Part shown: piece by piece, positions 1 to 5,632 of the stretch
Position numbering within the stretch: position 1 is the stretch's first letter
Layout: every line of letters starts with the position of its first letter
Virus record (IMG/VR): IMGVR_UViG_2671180417_000015
DNA: 5,632 bases
Reading direction: 5' to 3' (one strand)
Source: a virus
Lineage: Duplodnaviria > Heunggongvirae > Uroviricota > Caudoviricetes
Position numbers and translations under genes: made by a program
Notes under the pieces: model-generated
Told to the model about the DNA's origin: nothing
The model's input: only the letters and a program-made list of their open reading frames with translations
The model's database searches: none

Positions 1-616
1 GGGATATACGGCGGGAGCCAACCAGCATTTCCCCGTAAGGCACCGGCATCGGGTTACCCTGGGCAATCATGTTATCCAGGGAGGAAAAGTACGTGTTCTG
101 TTTACCGTTATCCGTGCTTTTGTACTCCGGTGTTTTTGCCTTCGGGGCCAGCATCTGGGCCACACCGCCCAGTATCATGCTGGCCCCCAGTGAAAACAGC
201 ATCGTGGTGGCAGAAAAACCACCGGCACTCAGGGCTGTACCCCATAACGCCATCGAGCCTCCGGCCGTGAAGAAAGAGCCCACGATGGCTGCCGCCCCCA
301 GCACAATCTGCAGTCCACCCTTTCCGGCCCCGGCCAGTCGCGGCACAATGTGGATGACCGTTCCCTCACCCAGCTGTTCGTGAAGACGGGCATACACCGC
401 CTCCGGTGCCGTGTCATCACCGGCAATACGTATCTGGTACCAGCCTTCGTTCATCTGACGGCGAAAGCCCGGCATCTGCATCGACAGGGCGCGAATGGCT
501 TCCGCTGCCGTGTTCACATACAGGCTGAGGCGGCGGCCAAATCGTTGTAAATCCCCGTGAAGGCAGATGCGTGCCAGTGGCGGTGACGCCAGACAGAATG
601 CGTTCGTCGTTGCCAT
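1..616 (-). CDS. I: Tail tip assembly protein I (lambda gpI-like), 5' part only: 205 codons in the window, C-terminus lies beyond position 1
   Basis: Manual translation of the minus strand in the frame starting ATG 616..614 gives an open frame to position 2 with an upstream in-frame stop at 640..638. Protein begins MATTNAFCLASPPLARICLHGDLQRFGRR and ends in-window with TDNGKQNTYFSSLDNMIAQGNPMPVPYGEMLVGSRRIS, closely matching lambda gpI as I recall it. GAGAGG Shine-Dalgarno-like motif at 633..628, 11 nt before the ATG. Not in the ORF track because no stop falls inside the window. Confidence 0.88.
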   Translation of the reverse strand, partial: MATTNAFCLASPPLARICLHGDLQRFGRRLSLYVNTAAEAIRALSMQMPGFRRQMNEGWYQIRIAGDDTAPEAVYARLHEQLGEGTVIHIVPRLAGAGKGGLQIVLGAAAIVGSFFTAGGSMALWGTALSAGGFSATTMLFSLGASMILGGVAQMLAPKAKTPEYKSTDNGKQNTYFSSLDNMIAQGNPMPVPYGEMLVGSRRIS

Positions 617-1257
617 TTTTCGGAATACCTCTCCCGTTTACTCAGTTGTTCAGGCAGATGGTGAAGCAGCTCACCGTTGCCGCAGTATATGGCGGCATGA
701 TTGGCCACCGATGCGCCAAAGCAGCACAGCAGGATATCGCCAGGCTGTGCGGAAGGCAGGGAAATCCTGTAAAAACCAGTCGCCTCCATATTGTCCAGGT
801 ACAGGTTCTGACCGTTGCGCCACCAGTCATCCTCACGCTCAAAATCCGGCATATCAATTCCTGCCAGATGGTAGGCATCCCGGAACAGCGTGTAACAGTC
901 CGTCACCCCGTGCTCAAAGCGCCGTCCCGTCAGGTGCGGCACGCAGCGGAATTTGTGAATGTCACCCCGGCAGACCAGCCACCAGGGCAGTGCGCTTTTT
1001 ATCTGCAGCCGCCGGTCAGCCTCGCTCAGCCAGGGCAGACCACCGGGATGACTGTGGACCAGTGCCACAATCTCCCCCTGCATCTCTGCCCGCAGCCAGT
1101 CTTCCGGTGCAATACGAAAATACGCCTCCGGCTCTGCAGAGATATTCACACAAGGGATATACCGCTCCCCCTCCGGCGTGCTTATCACGAAGCCGCACGA
1201 CTCCGCAGGCGCACACCGCCGGGCATGTGCCAGAATCGCTGATTCAGTCTGTGTCAT
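514..1257 (-). CDS. K: Tail tip assembly protein K (lambda gpK-like), 247 aa, with an N-terminal JAMM/MPN-type metalloprotease motif and a C-terminal NlpC/P60-like cysteine peptidase region
   Basis: Track ORF 514..1518 trimmed to the ATG at 1257..1255 (MTQTESAILAHARRC...), which lies 10 nt after the L stop; the upstream in-frame extension would overlap L. HSHPGGLPWLSEAD matches the JAMM signature HxHx7Sx2D (His68, His70, Ser78, Asp81). Downstream Cys in VTDCYTLF and His in NHAAIY/LLHH fit an NlpC/P60 catalytic set. Stop TGA at 516..514. Confidence 0.88.
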   Translation of the reverse strand: MTQTESAILAHARRCAPAESCGFVISTPEGERYIPCVNISAEPEAYFRIAPEDWLRAEMQGEIVALVHSHPGGLPWLSEADRRLQIKSALPWWLVCRGDIHKFRCVPHLTGRRFEHGVTDCYTLFRDAYHLAGIDMPDFEREDDWWRNGQNLYLDNMEATGFYRISLPSAQPGDILLCCFGASVANHAAIYCGNGELLHHLPEQLSKRERYSEKWQRRTHSVWRHRHWHASAFTGIYNDLAAASACM

Positions 1258-1267
1258 AAACCGGGAT

Positions 1268-1966
1268 TTACTGCGAAAGTTTATTAATGGAAAGGAAACC
1301 GCCAAAATTAGCCACCATGCCGCGCATCTCACACCCGCGCATGCACTTGCTGCATCTGTCCTTACGGATATCCGTGGTGGGGTTGTCGAACTCATCCGCC
1401 ACCGCAGGACCGTTATACCCGCATTCATCTCCCCGGTAATCCCACATACAGGTGTTCGCCAGCATGATGCGACCAGGAAACAGCGCCCCGTCCGTCTCGG
1501 TCGGTGTCGCCAGCACAAACGAGGCCGTCATGGCCGTCAGCTCTGACATCTGCTCCACCACCCAGCGGTCGCTCAGCTCCTGCTCCGGGTCCGCTTCCGG
1601 ATTGCCCGCCACAAAATTCACCGCATCCAGAAAACGGGCATACACCCGGCGGCGGACCACCGTGGCCCCCACCAGGCTCTGCAGGTCCTCCGCCATCCCG
1701 GTGACCAGACCGAACAGATTCGACACCGTCAGCGACGGGCGGGCACTGCTGCCCTTCCCGTTCATCTCAAAGCCACTGCCGTCAATCGGGTATGCCTGAT
1801 ATTGCCGCCCCTGCCAGGTAACCGCCTCCCCTTTTTCATTCAGCTCATTGCAGAAAAAATACCGCTCACCACCCTGCACCGTCAGGTCAATTTCCCAGAG
1901 CACCACCCGCGGTGACTGCTCTGATTTAACCGACTCGTTCAGGCTTTCTTCGTGAATATCCTGCAT
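1268..1966 (-). CDS. L: Tail tip protein L (lambda gpL-like), 232 aa
   Basis: Track ORF 1268..1993 trimmed to ATG 1966..1964 (MQDIHEESLNE...), which is preceded by AGGTGG at 1979..1974 with a 7-nt spacer and overlaps the M stop by 1 nt. Length 699 nt matches lambda L as I recall it. C-terminus ...NFGGFLSINKLSQ and the conserved C-terminal cysteine cluster (Cys173, 182, 205, 208, 212) fit the gpL family. Stop TAA at 1270..1268. Confidence 0.9.
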   Translation of the reverse strand: MQDIHEESLNESVKSEQSPRVVLWEIDLTVQGGERYFFCNELNEKGEAVTWQGRQYQAYPIDGSGFEMNGKGSSARPSLTVSNLFGLVTGMAEDLQSLVGATVVRRRVYARFLDAVNFVAGNPEADPEQELSDRWVVEQMSELTAMTASFVLATPTETDGALFPGRIMLANTCMWDYRGDECGYNGPAVADEFDNPTTDIRKDRCSKCMRGCEMRGMVANFGGFLSINKLSQ

Positions 1967-2307
1967 CAGTTCACCACCTGCTCTATCGTGCAACTGAAAT
2001 CACTGTACCGGGCATTATCCGTGACACTCCACTCACGGCACACAACCCTCACCGTCCGGTTATGTTTCGGCGGTCGCCACAAAAAGGCACGGTAACCACC
2101 ATGCCACGATAAAAACTCTTCCAGCCAGCGCCGGGTTGACTCATCCGTCACCCGGAACACCGCCTGAAACGTCTTCAGTTGAGGATTCAGCCCTGTGGGG
2201 CGGCGCTGTTCATAACCGTCACCAAACCGCACCCTCACCACCGACGGCTTCTCACTCACCTGCATCCCTTCACGCGGGACCAGATGCAGCGTTTTTATCT
2301 CAGCCAC
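1966..2307 (-). CDS. M: Tail tip protein M (lambda gpM-like), 113 aa, probable GTG start
   Basis: ORF in the synteny-expected position between H and L. C-terminus ...CTIEQVVN and the internal VRFGDGY motif resemble lambda gpM from memory. First codon 2307..2305 is GTG, directly after an in-frame TGA, with a GGAGGA Shine-Dalgarno at 2320..2315 and a 7-nt spacer. The first in-frame ATG (2265..2263, residue 15) has no comparable Shine-Dalgarno. Stop TGA at 1968..1966. Confidence 0.82.
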   Translation of the reverse strand: MAEIKTLHLVPREGMQVSEKPSVVRVRFGDGYEQRRPTGLNPQLKTFQAVFRVTDESTRRWLEEFLSWHGGYRAFLWRPPKHNRTVRVVCREWSVTDNARYSDFSCTIEQVVN

Positions 2308-5300
2308 TCAGCATTCCTCCGTCACGTCGCATGGACAGCATCACCGCCTGCACCCGCTGGTCAATCAGCTGCACAAGACTGCCTGCCGCCTCCGGCCCTA
2401 TCTGGCCATTAGTCCCGTCATTCTGAATGGCGATATGGTAGACCGGGGAATACACCAGGCCCGCACTGCCGTACATACTACCCACCGCGCGCACACCCAG
2501 CGAGCCATCCGCCGCCCGGGTCAGGGGCATAATGGCTTCAGGTCCGGCCTCCCCCATCAGCCCGGCCCCTTTTGCAAAGGCAAAGTACGTGGGCGTATCC
2601 ACAATACTGTTGCTGTACGCACTCAGGTTTGCCGAGGTATACACGCCGCCTTTTGCATTGGCCACCGCCCCGCCCAGCCAGTCACCAATGCTGCCGAGAA
2701 ATCCTCCCGCACCGGACATACCGTTTGCCGCCGTCTTAATTCCGTTGACAATCGCGGCATTCATAAGAACTTTTGATATTTCCTGCAGCACTGATGAGGC
2801 CCAGCTGCGCCATTCCACTTTATTCCCGTTCAGCATCTCCGTGATGTTATTCACCATCCCTGAGATACCCTCCGTCGCAAGCTGTGCTGCCTGTGAGGCG
2901 TAATCGGACGCATTATCCACCCAGTTACTGAACCCCTCCTGCAGCCCTTTCTGCCAGTCCGCACGCTGCACATCCGATTCGGCATAAAAGGCTTCCTGCT
3001 CTTTCAGACGTTCACTCAGATACTGTGCATTCTGCGCCAGCGCCTGTCTGTAAAAATCCTCACTGATATCCCCGGTCTGATACTGAGACTGAAGGTCCGC
3101 ATCCTTCTGGCGGAAGCTGTCGCGGATCTGCTGCAACTCCCGCATGCGTTCCCTGGCTCGTTCTCCCTGCCCGTACCCCAGCAGTTCGGCTTCATTTGAT
3201 GCACGCGCAGCCACATTATCATTCTTCAGGGTCTCTTCCCGGGATCGCAACTGTTCCCGGATTTTTTGCTGGTCAATCAGGGCCGCGTTACGCAGCAGTT
3301 CCTGCTTCTGTATCTCCGACAGGGTTTTCAGTTCGCCCTGCGCAGTCTGGTATTTCAGCTTCGCCAGCTCTGTATTCTGCCCCGCAAGTGCCAGTTGCTC
3401 TTTCTGCTGCTTCAGCAGCCGGGAAAAACTGTCTTCCGCTTTTTCCGTCTCTGATTTTCCACCCCGGGATTTGGGTTTATTCGCCTCGTTATTGCGCCAG
3501 GCTTCCAGGGCATTACTGATATAACGTTGTCTCGCCTCCTGATACGGTTCACCCACAAAACCGAGGTCATCCGCCGCATACCCCAGCCGGACACGCTCTT
3601 TTTCTTCCCCTTTCAGTCTGGACAGGGCCAGCTCACGCTCTGTTTTTGTCAGGGCACTCTGCTGTTTATCATCCAGAGTGGCCTGTGGCAGCCGTAACGG
3701 CACATTCACCAGTCCCTGCCGCTGCTGAAGCAGTTCATTACCCAGCCCCAGCAGACGGTTGAATTCCGTATGCTGACCATTCATAACCAGCATGGACTGG
3801 TACACCTTATTCTGCTCTGCCGCCTGCTGACGAATTAACGCCACACGACGGTCTTCCAGCCCGGCAAGCACATCCTGAATGGACTGCGCTTTTTCCTGCA
3901 TCTGTGCCAGACGGGACTGCTCAACGGCAAGCTGCTCTGTTGCCTGAGCAAGCCCTTCCGTTACGGTCTTCACCGATGTCAGATGGTTTATCATGAATCC
4001 GTCACCGGTCGTCCAGCCCGGGTTCGCCAGAACATACTGATATCCTGCGATTTTTTCCTGCAGGGATTTCACCCGACTGGCCTGTTCATCAATCAGCCGG
4101 TTCTGCTCTGTCAGCGCCGCCCGTGTTCGTCCTTCATTATCTGAGGCTTCAGGCAAAGACATTGACGGCGTTTTATGCGCGATTTCATCTATCGTCAGTG
4201 CATACTGGCGCGCAGACTCCCTGGCCTGCTCCTGATTCTGGTACAGCGTGTACCATGCTGCAGCCCCCAGCATCACCAGTCCGGGTACGCCACCAACCAG
4301 CCCCAGCGCACCGCTCATCAGACGTGAGCCCACCGCCGTTGTACTGTTCAGCGCATTCTGGGCGGCGCTTCTGGCAGCAATATTTCTGTTCAGGCGTTCC
4401 TGTGTGGCCGCCAGACGGGCCTCTGCAGCAATCTGCATCTCCGTCCCGCGGGCTGCCGCCACGGCCTGCTGAGCACGGTACACGGCTGCCCTTGCCCGCG
4501 CCGTGGCAATCTGCGTTCCCCTGAACTGTGCTTCCGCCAGTGCAACTTCATTACGTGCAGCCGTCACAAGTCCTGCCGTGGCAGACACCGCTCCGGAGGC
4601 CATATTGCCAAAGTACCGGGCAACCCCGACGGCAACCAGCGCCCCCGCGGCTGTTGCCACATTATCAATATTACCGGCAACACCGTTCAGCACGCCGGAG
4701 AGCGTTTTCGTCACCACCCAGGCCATAAAGGCGTTTTCCACCTTTGTGATCCCGTCAGAGACCGTTTCCGGCATGGCGGCATATTCATCACGCAATACCC
4801 CCAGCTGGCTGATTAACGCAGGAACGACTTTATCCGCCGTCAGTTTGCCGTCGTCCGCCATCGCCTTAAGGTCTTTACGGGCCACGCCCATACCCGCAGC
4901 CAGTGCACGTACGATCCGGTCACCACTTTCATTGACCGAATTAAATTCCTCACCGCGTAACACACCCTGTGCCAGCGCCTGGCTGAACTGGGTGATCACC
5001 GAGCCCGCCTCTGCCGTACTGGCACCGGAGATTTTCAGCCCTGTCGAAATGGCCTCCGTCACCTTCAGTACATCACCGGCACTGTAACCATATTCACGCA
5101 TCGAGGCAGCCGAACGGGCAAACAGGGCCGCATTATCCGAAAATGCCGTGCCTGTCCGCTGGCTGATATCCATCAGCACTTTCTGTGATGACGAAAATTC
5201 ATCAGATGACTGCGACGCCTGTTTCAGACGGGCATTCACGGAACTCCACTCATCAGCCAGTGAAATCAGGTGTCCGGTGGCAAAGGCACCGGCAAATGCG

Positions 5301-5518
5301 CCAGCCATTCCGACAGCAGAACCGCGAATTTCCGTCAACTGGCTGTTCAGTTCTGCCAGGGCACGTCGCTGCTCCCGGGCTGCCGCAGCGGCCTGACGCC
5401 CGCCATTCTGCAGGGTCCGGTAATATTCACTGCCCATACGGGACGCCCGCTGGATCTCCGACTGGAATGACTGTGAATTTGCCGAAATTTTGATAATCAG
5501 TTCACGTAACGTCGCCAT
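2300..5518 (-). CDS. H: Tail tape measure protein (lambda gpH-like), 1072 aa
   Basis: 3219-nt ORF starting ATG 5518..5516 with a GGAG Shine-Dalgarno at 5530..5527 (8-nt spacer). Alanine-rich N-terminal region, long charged and Gln-rich helical central region (for example LKQQKEQLALAGQNTELAKLKYQTAQGELKTLSEIQKQELLRNAALIDQQKIREQLRSREETLKND), two hydrophobic Gly/Ala-rich segments (about aa 272-320 and 399-426), and a Gly-rich C-terminal region. Position immediately upstream of M-L-K-I. Stop TGA at 2302..2300. Confidence 0.93.
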   Translation of the reverse strand: MATLRELIIKISANSQSFQSEIQRASRMGSEYYRTLQNGGRQAAAAAREQRRALAELNSQLTEIRGSAVGMAGAFAGAFATGHLISLADEWSSVNARLKQASQSSDEFSSSQKVLMDISQRTGTAFSDNAALFARSAASMREYGYSAGDVLKVTEAISTGLKISGASTAEAGSVITQFSQALAQGVLRGEEFNSVNESGDRIVRALAAGMGVARKDLKAMADDGKLTADKVVPALISQLGVLRDEYAAMPETVSDGITKVENAFMAWVVTKTLSGVLNGVAGNIDNVATAAGALVAVGVARYFGNMASGAVSATAGLVTAARNEVALAEAQFRGTQIATARARAAVYRAQQAVAAARGTEMQIAAEARLAATQERLNRNIAARSAAQNALNSTTAVGSRLMSGALGLVGGVPGLVMLGAAAWYTLYQNQEQARESARQYALTIDEIAHKTPSMSLPEASDNEGRTRAALTEQNRLIDEQASRVKSLQEKIAGYQYVLANPGWTTGDGFMINHLTSVKTVTEGLAQATEQLAVEQSRLAQMQEKAQSIQDVLAGLEDRRVALIRQQAAEQNKVYQSMLVMNGQHTEFNRLLGLGNELLQQRQGLVNVPLRLPQATLDDKQQSALTKTERELALSRLKGEEKERVRLGYAADDLGFVGEPYQEARQRYISNALEAWRNNEANKPKSRGGKSETEKAEDSFSRLLKQQKEQLALAGQNTELAKLKYQTAQGELKTLSEIQKQELLRNAALIDQQKIREQLRSREETLKNDNVAARASNEAELLGYGQGERARERMRELQQIRDSFRQKDADLQSQYQTGDISEDFYRQALAQNAQYLSERLKEQEAFYAESDVQRADWQKGLQEGFSNWVDNASDYASQAAQLATEGISGMVNNITEMLNGNKVEWRSWASSVLQEISKVLMNAAIVNGIKTAANGMSGAGGFLGSIGDWLGGAVANAKGGVYTSANLSAYSNSIVDTPTYFAFAKGAGLMGEAGPEAIMPLTRAADGSLGVRAVGSMYGSAGLVYSPVYHIAIQNDGTNGQIGPEAAGSLVQLIDQRVQAVMLSMRRDGGMLSG
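2315..2320 (-). promoter_or_regulatory. Ribosome-binding site of M, embedded in the 3' end of H
   Basis: Minus strand GGAGGA followed by a 7-nt spacer (ATGCTGA) and GTG at 2307..2305. Confidence 0.55.
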
Positions 5519-5530
5519 TCACCTTTCTCC
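5519..5530 (-). promoter_or_regulatory. Ribosome-binding site of H
   Basis: Minus strand reads GGAGAAAGGTGA immediately before ATG 5518..5516; GGAG at 5530..5527 sits 8 nt from the start codon. Confidence 0.6.
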
Positions 5531-5545
5531 GGGCAAAATAAATAT

Positions 5546-5569
5546 CCTCCGGCATAGCCGGAGGTTTTT
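5546..5569. terminator. GC-rich hairpin flanked by T/A-rich tracts; candidate intrinsic terminator or attenuator, possibly bidirectional
   Basis: Plus strand 5546..5553 CCTCCGGC, loop ATA, 5557..5564 GCCGGAGG gives a perfect 8-bp stem with 6 G-C pairs, followed by TTTTT at 5565..5569. On the minus strand the same stem is followed by ATATTTATTTTG (5545..5534), just upstream of the H Shine-Dalgarno. Confidence 0.35.
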
Positions 5570-5591
5570 CAAATGCGCCTATAAGGCTCTC

Positions 5592-5632
5592 TTACCAGCC
5601 GCGCCCTAACAGGCGCACACGATCTGACATTT
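5592..5632 (-). CDS. 3' end of an upstream minus-strand ORF; by synteny probably a tail assembly chaperone (G/T-like) or other tail gene. Frame uncertain
   Basis: One minus-strand frame is open from the window edge to a TAA at 5594..5592 (…MSDRVRLLGRGW*). An alternative frame is open to a TGA at 5571..5569. About 40-60 nt is too short to identify the product. Confidence 0.3.
   Translation of the reverse strand, partial: MSDRVRLLGRGW

Noticed and set aside
229-426. Minus-strand 65-aa ORF 229..426 and plus-strand ORFs 69..383 and 350..550
   Set aside because: They lie inside gene I in other frames or on the opposite strand. Gene I itself was missed by the track only because it has no stop within the window.
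567-1259. Plus-strand ORFs 567..1259 and 571..1242 (230 and 223 aa)
   Set aside because: Antisense to gene K and the start of I. Compositionally biased translations; explained by the absence of stops on the antisense strand of a GC-rich gene.
1258-1518. N-terminal extension of the K ORF in the track (start at 1518, 334 aa)
   Set aside because: The extension would overlap L by about 250 nt and translates to an Arg/Cys/Trp-rich sequence unlike any tail protein. The ATG at 1257 immediately after the L stop gives a protein with a correctly placed JAMM motif.
1967-1993. N-terminal extension of the L ORF in the track (start at 1993)
   Set aside because: The ATG at 1966 has an AGGTGG Shine-Dalgarno and gives the expected MQDI... 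N-terminus and lambda-like length. The extension would lie inside gene M.
4459-4507. 7-bp inverted repeat (GCCACGG ... CCGTGGC) inside H
   Set aside because: Short, widely spaced and within GC-rich coding sequence. Expected by chance, with no associated T-tract or other regulatory context.
2136-5493. Numerous plus-strand ORFs of 60-194 aa (for example 4503..5087, 3144..3524, 2532..2903, 5185..5493) overlapping the tape measure gene
   Set aside because: All are antisense to a well-supported long CDS. Their translations are low-complexity Ala/Ser/Pro/Arg-rich strings, as expected for antisense frames of GC-rich coding DNA, and none has a convincing ribosome-binding site or resembles a known protein.
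5574-5618. 7-bp inverted repeat (TGCGCCT ... AGGCGCA) at the end of the upstream ORF
   Set aside because: Arms are about 31 nt apart, the implied structure is weak, and part of it is probably coding. Not enough to call an element.
1-5632. Possibility of a novel accessory or defence system, CRISPR array, tRNA or mobile element in the window
   Set aside because: Five tightly packed, syntenic tail genes account for the window apart from the 73-nt spacer. There are no repeat-spacer arrays, tRNA-like sequences, terminal inverted repeats or unassigned coding space.

Overview
The whole window is one compact minus-strand block of lambda-like siphovirus tail and tail-tip genes, in the same order as the phage lambda late operon (H, M, L, K, I). 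Reading the minus strand from high to low coordinates: a short 3' end of an upstream ORF, a 73-nt spacer containing a GC-rich hairpin and the H ribosome-binding site, a 1072-aa tape measure protein (H-like), tail tip protein M, tail tip protein L, tail tip assembly protein K, and tail tip assembly protein I, which runs off the window start. Gene ends abut or overlap (H/M 8 nt, M/L 1 nt, L/K 10-nt gap, K/I 103 nt out of frame), which suggests translational coupling. Protein identities rest on my manual translation and on recognition of these well-known families; comparisons with lambda are from memory, and no database search was run. I see no CRISPR array, tRNA, transposase, integrase or inserted cargo gene, and no undescribed system: the conserved tail genes account for essentially all the coding capacity. 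The points worth a second look are the hairpin upstream of H, the GTG start of M, the unusually long tape measure protein, and the intact catalytic motifs of the I/K pair. Plus-strand ORFs in the track are antisense to these genes and judged spurious. The source is probably a lambdoid phage or prophage of a GC-rich (about 55-58 percent here) enterobacterial host, but the host cannot be determined from the sequence alone.
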